This document shows positions 1 to 8,337 of a stretch of 64,000 nucleotides of DNA, one piece after another (position 1 is the stretch's first letter; every line of letters begins with the position of its first letter). Under the pieces are notes generated by a model. The model was not told the DNA's origin. It did no database searches and worked only from the letters and a program-made list of their open reading frames with translations. The position numbers were made by a program, and so were the translations under genes. Source of the stretch: Amoebidium appalachense (lineage: Eukaryota > Protista > Ichthyosporea); assembly GCA_963693365.1 (NCBI GenBank), contig CAVNZM010000012.1:2046001-2110000 (forward strand), written 5' to 3'.

Positions 1-113
1 TTCAGACGGTGTTGAACATTGGTCGTGCTGCCCAAAACGTGGCCTACGTCGGCAGCAACATCAACTACATGCAGAGGTCCTTCAGGCGGGGTGGGGGTCG
101 GTCGTACCCCTAG
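1..113 (+). CDS. 3' end of an unknown viral ORF (partial)
   Basis: Open frame from position 3 (QTVLNIGRAAQNVAYVGSNINYMQRSFRRGGGRSYP) ends at TAG 111-113, overlapping the stop of the convergent ORF in CTAG. Confidence 0.45.
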   Translation, partial: QTVLNIGRAAQNVAYVGSNINYMQRSFRRGGGRSYP

Positions 114-403
114 ATGTTGGTCTCCCCCTCCTGTTTCTGTATGTGGGCAAGCATGCGGGCATCCAGCTGGGCCTCGTACTCCAGCACCTTCCTCAGCTCC
201 TCCTGCCGGTCCACCGGCACCTTCTTCTTCAACTGCCGGAACTTTTTCTCGATTTTGTTTTCGGGCTTCTTCCCTTCCGTGTTGCCGGCCGGGTCAAAAT
301 GTTTGTCGGTGCCGTGGCGTATGTAGAACTGCAAGTAGTCGTCAAAGGTGAAGGGTGACGAGTATGCCGACGGCAAATTCTTCATGTTCTTCGGGGTGGC
401 CAT
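110..403 (-). CDS. Small basic/coiled-coil hypothetical viral protein
   Basis: MATPKNMKNLP...KKFRQLKKK...EELRKVLEYEAQL; ATG at 403; viral-style codon usage. Confidence 0.55.
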   Translation of the reverse strand: MATPKNMKNLPSAYSSPFTFDDYLQFYIRHGTDKHFDPAGNTEGKKPENKIEKKFRQLKKKVPVDRQEELRKVLEYEAQLDARMLAHIQKQEGETNI

Positions 404-444
404 GCCTGCATGTAGCCTAGCTACTAGTGGTATGTGTGAATTTT

Positions 445-1068
445 TCACCACGAGATGAGGTTGGCAATGTGGTCACTGTAACTACGCTGCGGGGGAGGGG
501 GCTGCTGTGATGCTGCCTGTGTGTGGTACGTGCCGTAGCCCGTGTGGGGCATGCTGTGACGTATCGGTTGAGGCCCGAAGCTGCCCGGTGCACCCATGGG
601 GTGTGGGGGTGGGGGTGGGGGCACGTAATAGTGCTCATAGTACGGGTTTTACGGGTTGTCATACCCGTCACTCTCCTCGTAGCTGTCCTCCTCTTCATAG
701 GTCACCCGTGCCAAGGGCTTTCGTGGGGCCTTCTTCTGCTTTGGCCGGGGGGCCTTTGGGGGTGCTACCAGTACCGGTGCTGCTGCTGGGGGTGGGGGGT
801 CGGCTGGGCGGGTCTCCAGCACCTGCAGCTTCTGCTCAAGTTCACGGATATAGTCCTTGTTCCTACGCATGCGTTCCACCCTTGTGCTCCTACCCTTCTC
901 CAAGGCCTCCAGCTGCCGTGCTGTGGGTTGCCGTTTGGCCCTTGCCGCGTTGCCGGCTTCCAGCACCATGGGGTCCACACCCATACCGGTGTTGGTGGTT
1001 TCGTTGGACACCGGTTGGTCGGCCTCACCGTCCGACATGCGCTCGATTTGGTTCTCGTCGGTTGACAT
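445..1068 (-). pseudogene. Hypothetical viral protein (coiled coil plus Pro/Tyr-rich tail) interrupted by an in-frame stop from a 9-bp insertion
   Basis: MSTDENQIER...ELEQKLQVLE...YDNP*NPYYEHYYVPPPP...ANLISW*. The same frame continues past TAA 649-651 to TGA 445-447. Confidence 0.6.
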
Positions 1069-1164
1069 TGTTGGTGTTACCAATAGGGACACATTTTTTC
1101 CAACGTTGGGCGGCGTACATACGTCCAAAAAATGTGTGCCCACTATCAAACACGGTCAACCAAG

Positions 1165-1401
1165 ATGGTCGGCACAACGTCCAAGAGCGCGTCCGACACG
1201 GATGCCGAGCCGTGGCAGCACGCGTGCGACTTCTGTGGGCACTGGTTCCGGTGTGCCACGCAGGAGGAGGGGCCAGGCTGTGACTTTGACTGTGGGTGCA
1301 CCATGACGTGGCTGGGGGACGAGCCTATGTACCTCTGCAGTTTCAAGTGCCTCGACGAGTTTACCGTCTACAACGTGCAGATCGACAGCTGCCGTCATTA
1401 A
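1165..1401 (+). CDS. Small Cys-rich zinc-finger protein (FCS/MYM/TRASH-like)
   Basis: CDFC...C...CDFDCGC...YLCSFKC in 78 aa, directly upstream of the ATPase. Confidence 0.55.
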   Translation: MVGTTSKSASDTDAEPWQHACDFCGHWFRCATQEEGPGCDFDCGCTMTWLGDEPMYLCSFKCLDEFTVYNVQIDSCRH

Positions 1402-1429
1402 TTTTAGCCACCCTACACTGAGTGACACC

Positions 1430-2173
1430 ATGCACCCTACCCCACCCATAGCCGTCAACCCCTTGCCGGCACCACTGTCGGTGGAGCACATTCCGATGAC
1501 GTGTGACACCAAACTGAACGTGCCCTACCCCCTCATGGACAACGTGTTCTTCTTTTTGCTTATTGGCCAGCCTGGTTCTGGCAAGTCCAACCTGCTCGTC
1601 AACCTCATTGCCCGGGAGGGCGAGTTCTACAATAAACAGTTTGACCGTGTGTACATTTTCAGCCCGAGCATGCACACCCTCGGCACGGCCCTGAAAATTC
1701 CCAGGGCCCGCCTGCACCAGGACGTCACCTTCCTCCCCGAGATTCTCAAACTGTCCCTCCAACACAAGAAGGTCAACCCAAATTACCGGATGTTGTTGGT
1801 GTTCGACGACATGTCCCATATTTTCCGAAAATCCGGCAACCTCCGTGAATTTGTACGTATGGCACAGAACCGACGACACATTGGTGTGTCGGTGATGATG
1901 GTGGGGCAGAAATTGAACAAGATCCCCCTTGAGCTACGTAGCCAGGCCGATGCCTTGGCCCATTTTAAGAACACCAACAACACCGAGCTCAAGGTGTTGA
2001 GGGACGAGTTCTTGCCGGCCCTCGAAACCCCCCAGTTTTTCGAGCTCATGGACACGGTCTACCGGGACAAGCACGACTTTCTTTTTATCCGGCTGAACGA
2101 GGGTCGGATGTTTCGCAATTTTGAGGAGGAGGTGGTGCTCGGCACGAATGAAAAAAATGTCGACCATGTGTAA
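1430..2173 (+). CDS. A32/FtsK-family viral genome packaging ATPase
   Basis: Walker A GQPGSGKS, Walker B LLVFDD, A32-type RRHIGVSVMMVGQ; 247 aa; immediately upstream of the capsid gene. Confidence 0.93.
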   Translation: MHPTPPIAVNPLPAPLSVEHIPMTCDTKLNVPYPLMDNVFFFLLIGQPGSGKSNLLVNLIAREGEFYNKQFDRVYIFSPSMHTLGTALKIPRARLHQDVTFLPEILKLSLQHKKVNPNYRMLLVFDDMSHIFRKSGNLREFVRMAQNRRHIGVSVMMVGQKLNKIPLELRSQADALAHFKNTNNTELKVLRDEFLPALETPQFFELMDTVYRDKHDFLFIRLNEGRMFRNFEEEVVLGTNEKNVDHV

Positions 2174-2185
2174 CACACCGGCAAC

Positions 2186-3934
2186 ATGGCAGCCCCCTAC
2201 GACGCCTCCGTGCCCCTCAACCTGGCCTACCACAAGCTGACGGACGCCGGCACCTACTCACCTGTCGAGCTCAGCCACATTAACCGCCGATCGACCGTCA
2301 AGACCTATCCGGTGACCGGCTCGACGTACAGCTCCAAGGGGCAGCGTGTGATTCGATTCTCCCTGCCTGCCGTGGGCTTCCTGGACTGTCTCAACAGCTA
2401 CATGACGTTCCAGTTCAAGGCCAACGTCCCCAACGCCCCCGAGAACGTGGGTGTCAAGGTGGAGAGACTGCGGAAGTTCCCCCTCCCTGACCAGCTCGAC
2501 CACCCCATCAGCAACAACCAGGACACTGTCGGCTATGAGGGTACCACTGTGCCCCAGACCGGGACGGCTGATTCTGACACCCTCAATCCGGCGGCTGTTG
2601 CCAGTAAGGACATTTTCCCTCTCAAGGTCCGTAACCTGGAGGGTATGGCTATGATGGGTGGTCACCTGTGCTCCTCGGCTGCCCCCTTTGACCGTGCCCG
2701 CGTGTCCATCAACGGCACTACCGTGGAGGACATTTCTGGGTACAACCACCTCATGATCAACCTTGAACGCTTCCTGTCGTCGGCCGACTACGGCAACTGC
2801 CCTGCCGGCCGCATGCATGGCACCTACGGGCCCCAGGACGACGACTGGGAGTACGCAGACAAGTGGAATACGGCTGTCGATAGTAAATACGCTCTCTTCA
2901 ACCCCGACCCGCTCAAGAGGCTGTTTGGCATTGAAAAGCTCAAGGACGTAGCCCCCCTTGCCAATGACACCTTGATACCCACACCCGCCGAGGCCGACAG
3001 TGTACCCGGCAAGGACCGCATTACAGACGGCAAGTACCTCGACTACACCAAGAAGGTGGCCAAGTGGCCACCCCAGCAGGTCAACGTTCAGGCCCAGATC
3101 GATGCCACTGACGGGTTCACCTACATTCATCAGCTCAAGCTCGGCCTCATGCGTTCCGGCAGGTACCTGCCCCTGTCATACATGGGGGAGGTACAGATCG
3201 AGCTGTCGCTGGGGGAGGCCAACCAGGTGCTGTACGTGCCCACCGAGAACGCGGAATGGGTGAAGGACGTGTCCTACGAGATTATCAACCCCGTCTTCCA
3301 CTGTGAAATTATTGAGTGGAACGCCGTGTACACGGCCGGCTTTGAGAAGGCTCTGATGGAGAAGAACGTGTATATTCCATACAGCACGTTCACCCATTTC
3401 CAGAGCTACGTCAAGGGGGGCAGTCCTGCCGACCTGCACATTTCGTTCCGGGGGCGGAACGTCAAGTCCCTGCTGTCCCTGGTGAGGAGTGGCAACGACT
3501 GGGCCCAAGCAAACAGCGAGACGTTCAGGTCCAAGCGTAGTAACATCACCAGCTACCAGATCAAGATAGGACCCTACCAGAAGCCCCTCGACGAGATTCG
3601 AGTGTCCTCGAACAACTGTGCCGAGGCATGGGCGGAGTTGGCCAAGGCCCTGTACTTCTTGGGTGACGTCACGGCCGACTGCATGTACAACAGCACTGCC
3701 TGGCCGGATAAACAGTTCATGATTGCCCTTGACCTGGAGAGGGACCGTGACCTGTACTCTGGCCTCGACACCAGCTCCGATGCTACCCCCATTCTGCTGC
3801 ACCTCAACACGGAGAAGTTCACCAGCGGTACCTCCAGAGCCAACGAGTACGACGACCTGACCCTTGACACGTTTGTGCACCATGAAAACGTGCTTGTGCT
3901 GTCTGGTGCCCGTGAGGTGACGGTGGAGGCCTAG
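2186..3934 (+). CDS. Double jelly-roll major capsid protein, Polinton-like-virus type
   Basis: 582 aa. N-terminal IRFSLP..GFLD..NSY.TF, PFDRARVSING..VEDISGYN, YLPL..MG.VQIEL.L and C-terminal FMIALDLE...SGLDT segments are typical of PLV/Polinton MCPs; context next to A32 ATPase. Confidence 0.85.
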   Translation: MAAPYDASVPLNLAYHKLTDAGTYSPVELSHINRRSTVKTYPVTGSTYSSKGQRVIRFSLPAVGFLDCLNSYMTFQFKANVPNAPENVGVKVERLRKFPLPDQLDHPISNNQDTVGYEGTTVPQTGTADSDTLNPAAVASKDIFPLKVRNLEGMAMMGGHLCSSAAPFDRARVSINGTTVEDISGYNHLMINLERFLSSADYGNCPAGRMHGTYGPQDDDWEYADKWNTAVDSKYALFNPDPLKRLFGIEKLKDVAPLANDTLIPTPAEADSVPGKDRITDGKYLDYTKKVAKWPPQQVNVQAQIDATDGFTYIHQLKLGLMRSGRYLPLSYMGEVQIELSLGEANQVLYVPTENAEWVKDVSYEIINPVFHCEIIEWNAVYTAGFEKALMEKNVYIPYSTFTHFQSYVKGGSPADLHISFRGRNVKSLLSLVRSGNDWAQANSETFRSKRSNITSYQIKIGPYQKPLDEIRVSSNNCAEAWAELAKALYFLGDVTADCMYNSTAWPDKQFMIALDLERDRDLYSGLDTSSDATPILLHLNTEKFTSGTSRANEYDDLTLDTFVHHENVLVLSGAREVTVEA

Positions 3935-3982
3935 AGTGCTAAATTGTGTCTGGCTATATAAAAACAAGCACACACGGCAAAC

Positions 3983-4402
3983 ATGGCTACCGACACTGCT
4001 ATTGTACCGTGGGCACCTACACCTAGCCATGTTACCGACACTGCCGTTGTACCGTGGGCACCTACACCAACCCAGGCAGCCGTGTACGGCTACAAGGTGG
4101 CTCCACAGGCCGAGTACGAGGCAGCCTATGTTGCCCCCTACCGTGTACCTCACACGGACGGCACCTTCCAGGCCGGGGTGTACGGTGTGCCGTTCCGTGA
4201 GCTGCCGACTTTCGGCAACCTGCCCGCCGACAACCACCTACCCTCCATGCCGGGCAGGAGTGGTCTGGGTAGCAGGGGTCTCCCGTTCAACAACCAGACC
4301 TACTACCTGGACTTTGCACCCGTGAGGGTGGGCCGTAGTGGTGACCCCCAGAACAGCTTTACCAGGCAACCCATGGCACAGTATGCCGGGTTCTCCAAAT
4401 AA
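3983..4402 (+). CDS. Hypothetical viral protein (139 aa)
   Basis: Clean ORF after a TATATAAAA element; duplicated N-terminal peptide TDTA(I/V)VPWAPTP. Confidence 0.65.
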   Translation: MATDTAIVPWAPTPSHVTDTAVVPWAPTPTQAAVYGYKVAPQAEYEAAYVAPYRVPHTDGTFQAGVYGVPFRELPTFGNLPADNHLPSMPGRSGLGSRGLPFNNQTYYLDFAPVRVGRSGDPQNSFTRQPMAQYAGFSK

Positions 4403-4438
4403 TAAACACCAGTCTACAACAACACCACCGTGTCCACC

Positions 4439-6846
4439 ATGACCACCGTGCAGCATGCCACTGATGACGTATACAGTGAATTACCCTGGTTTAGTACTTT
4501 TGGCAAGTACCGTGTCAGCTACAAGTACCCTGAGGAGGCACATGTGGACCGATGGCGTGCTCTTCCTGTCAGCAGTGTGGGAAACCCGTTGGTGAGTTAC
4601 ATAACTCGCAGTAGTTACGGTAGGCTCGTGAAGAATGGTCTTGACACCTTCTTCGAATGGGTACACTTAGACCCAAACCATGCTCCATTGTGGGGTGGGA
4701 AGCTGCCTGATATGGTGAAGGTGGACATAGCCTACGACCCTGGCTACTCCCACTTCAAGGACAAGTACGGTAGCTCGTACGTGTGGACCAGGCCCCGACC
4801 ACCCCCTCCCCCCGTGCCTGACGTGACCCCACTGGCACCCCCTCCCCTCCCCCACCCCGTCCGACCACCCAACCAAGTCATCTGACCCTCCCATACCCTA
4901 CCCACCCCCGGGCTGGCACCCTGGACCACCACCACCACGACCAACGTCTGCCATACGTCCCCCTGCCCGTGTCTCCAAGGGACCGCTGACACCCCACACG
5001 GGCGGCTCGACCACGACTCCCCGACCGTCGGGTTTCCTAGGGCAGAAGGGACCCAAACCCACCCGTACACCCCTCCCGTACCCACCCCCCAACTGGCACC
5101 CCGGCCCACTGCCCACGACCCCTGCAGCACCCCACCTGCCTGCCAAGCCCGACGGGCCACCCCTCCCGTACCCACCCCCCAACTGGCACCCCCGGCCCAC
5201 TGCCCACGACCCCTGCAGCACCCCACCTGCCTGCCAAGCCCGACGGGCCACCCCTCCCGTACCCACCCCCCAACTGGCACCCCGGCCCACTGCCCACGAC
5301 CCCTGCAGCACCCCACCTGCCTGCCAAGCCCGACGGGCCACCCCTCCCGTACCCACCCCCCAACTGGCACCCCGGCCCACTGCCCACGACCCCTGCAGCA
5401 CCCCACCTGCCTGCCAAGCCCGACGGGCCACCCCTCCCGTACCCACCCCCCAACTGGCACCCCGGCCCACTGCCCACGACCCCTGCAGCACCCCACCTGC
5501 CGGCCATGGCACCAACCAGCACGGCAACTTCTGCAACACCGACCGAGACTCAGCTAGCCGAAGCCACCACTGCTGCCGTTGCCACTATTGAGGACGACTC
5601 CTTTTGGGCCCCCCTCTCGGAGCTGGAGAGGTGGCTCATGTTGAACCACCCGAATTGGTGGAGGGTGGCACAGATAGGTGGCCTCGCTCTTGTCAAGTGG
5701 ATCCTCTGGGGTCTCGGGGACAAGGGCAACCAGGCGAGGGCTGCAAGGGCTGCCGGGAGGGAGTTTGGCCGTGTTCTAAGTGCACCACCACTGGCATTCC
5801 TAACCGAGACTCCGACGGTTCACCCCTCCCTTGCTGCCACCTACTACCCAACGACTAAAAAGTCGGTCACCATGAAGGGGGGAGGGACGACACCTGCACT
5901 CTGGAGACCCCCCACGAGCCCGGCTGCACCGTCAACCACTCTGCAAGGGGGACTCGAGGGTCCCACGTCTGCTACCCCACCCGATGAGGGGACCTATGAG
6001 CCCGTACCGGTGACCCGTACCGACAAGGGTTCCTCCGGTATGAACGCGTTGCTGGGGCCACTCAAACGGATGCACGGTGAGAGCCTGGAGGAGTATGAGA
6101 GACGGATGTACGAGCAAAACTCAGTGTTTGACAACCCGGCCTTGACACCCTATATGAAATCGGTGTTGAAACGTGGCGTTGAAGCACTTTCAGCGGGTGG
6201 GGAGAGGCTGGCTAGTGTGGTCGGAGGGGGCAGCCTGCAGGAAGCTGTGTTGGGTGACCAGGGCCTTATCACCGAGGTGAAAAACGTCGGAAAGCACTTG
6301 CTGGAGTACTACGTGCAGCAGCACAAGTCGACTCCACCGGCCTCCTCCACCCCTCTAGCTATAGAGCACGACCCTTCGGGTGGCCGTAGGTCCGGGAGAA
6401 AGCCTCCCCCTGCAGGCCCCTCTGCAGAACCAAGTCCGGCTACGCGTCATGACGGCTACAAGTCGGGGGACCTACCACACCACACACAGCACCCACACGT
6501 CCGAGCAGCCCTTCCGTTGGTTAGGGCAGCCCTACCGACTGTTGGCCGGGCCCTTGGTTTTCAACCGGACACTGTGAGACTGGCACAGCTTGCACTGGAC
6601 TACACCACTGGTACCACCGAGGAGGATAAGAAGAAGAAGGACACCAAGAAGAAGGGTACGAAGAAGAAGGACGGCAAGAAGAAGGACACCAAGAAGAAGG
6701 AGGACACCAAGAAGAAGGACGTCAAGAAGAAGGAGGACACCAAGAAGAAGGACACCAAGAAGAAGGACACCAAGAAGAAGAAGGACACCAAGAAGAAACC
6801 AGCGGCAAGAAGAAGGGTAAATAATCTACGCCACAGGCAACAGTGA
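4439..6846 (+). CDS. Large Pro-rich and Lys-rich putative virion/core protein (probably one ORF with ~2 single-base frameshifts)
   Basis: ORFs 4430-4885 and 5506-6846 are bridged by a frame encoding PYPPP(G/N)WHPGP repeats that runs into ATG 5506; C-terminal (KKKDT)n tract. Confidence 0.6.
5070..5500 (+). repeat. 90-bp tandem repeat, ~4.8 copies (30-aa Pro-rich unit PLPYPPPNWHPGPLPTTPAAPHLPAKPDGP)
   Basis: Identical blocks recur at 5221, 5311, 5401, 5491; one copy carries an extra C near 5190. Confidence 0.95.
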
Positions 6847-7140
6847 CACCACCACCACCATTATGGCACCCGGCACGGAGCACATGCGCATGTATGCGTT
6901 GCCACACACCCTTGCCCCCCCTCCCCGTACCCCCTCCCCTACCGCACCCGACCGACCCCCGGGCCTGTACCCCAAACCCGACCGTTCTACGGGCCGGGAA
7001 ACACCGTCATTGAGGGCCCAGGGGGGACCATGAGGCCGAGGCCGGCCACGTACACACCCTGGCCTGTGGCTGCCGACAAGAGCTCCTTCCAGAACTATTA
7101 AATATTGTGTGTGGTTGTGTAAACACCCTACTTCTGCAAC

Positions 7141-7332
7141 ATGGAGCTCAACATTGGCGGGCCCCCCATACGTAAGAAGCCGTTCATTTTTCCGGAGCAG
7201 AACAACAGCTTAAACGTCATGGACGTCTCGACCATACGTGACTTCCGGGAACGCCCGTTGGCCTACACCGTACCGTTGTCCGGCATCAACGCCAACCGTC
7301 CCATACGCACGGCACCTGTGGTGTTTAAATAA
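7141..7332 (+). CDS. Small hypothetical viral protein (63 aa)
   Basis: ATG preceded by TAAACACC; stop followed by an AATAAA-like sequence. Confidence 0.5.
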   Translation: MELNIGGPPIRKKPFIFPEQNNSLNVMDVSTIRDFRERPLAYTVPLSGINANRPIRTAPVVFK

Positions 7333-7449
7333 ACTTGAGTGGGTCGACGGTAGTGTGGGCACGTGCTGGCACACCCCCTACCACCACCTGCTACCCCTAA
7401 CATATTGTGCACATGTCTTGTATTTAGGTCACGGTACAGTAGCACCAGG

Positions 7450-8337
7450 CTACAGGTAAAACATGTTGTATTCCACAAGCATGTGGTAGTTTTTAAGGTC
7501 CCTCTCCAGCTACACCCACACCTTGTCACTCTTGACTCTAGTCACCTTGCTTTTGACGGCCGGCACCAGCCTAGCCACCACCTCAGCATCCATACCACCC
7601 ACTAATTCCACTATTTTCACCAGCAGGAACGGGTACCCCACAAAGTTCTTCCTTGTGTCCTCCTTGTGCCTCCTATGCCACGACAAGGAGAACTTAAACA
7701 TGCCCATCAACAGCTCGAGCTGTTCACACGTGAACCTAGGGAGGGGGTGACCGTACAGCCTGTTTAATATATAAGGTACACGCATGTAGTGTTTTGTAAG
7801 CTTGTTCTGTCTCAACACCCTCCTTGCCTGGTCTGCATTCTCTATGTGTGCCACACCCCTGAATGCTGCCACCACCCCCTCCTGCATGTCCCCCATGGAA
7901 GCATTCAACCCCTGCACCGACTGAAGTAGCTGCTTGAAGTGGTTGATGTGTCTGTATGGCTGTGACCTCTTCCTGTCCCAGAAGGCCGTGCACCCCTCAT
8001 AGGTCTTCCTCCCCTCACCGTCACTCCCCTCCCACCCCCTCCCGTCGTACACCCAGTCCTCCTCCCCCTCTCCCTCCCCCTCCTCCCCCCCTTTCCCTCC
8101 CCCCTCCTCGTACACATACTCCTGGACTCCACCGTCGTGCCCGTAGTCGTCGTGTCCCCCCGTGCACGTCACCCTGTTGCAGTATGCCCACCAACATGCA
8201 TTCGGTGGTTGTAGTGGGGGTGGGGGTGGGGGTGTGGTCGGGCTACAGTACATGTCGAAGAGGAAGGGGCATAAGTCTAGCAGCTTCTCGGGGTCTGTGG
8301 TGTCTGCCACCATACTTAGCAGTGTGTCTTCATCCAT
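7450..8337 (-). CDS. VLTF3-like (poxvirus A2-type) late transcription factor, probable premature TAG at 7510-7512
   Basis: PYRHINHFKQLLQSVQG...LRQNKLTKHY..VPYILNRLYG.P.P...RKNFVGYPFLL.KI.EL...KS......D.VW resembles the VLTF3 core. The frame continues 19 codons after the stop to TAG 7450. Confidence 0.8.

Noticed and set aside
4744-5539. Gly-rich minus-strand ORFs
   Set aside because: Antisense readings of the 90-bp repeat.
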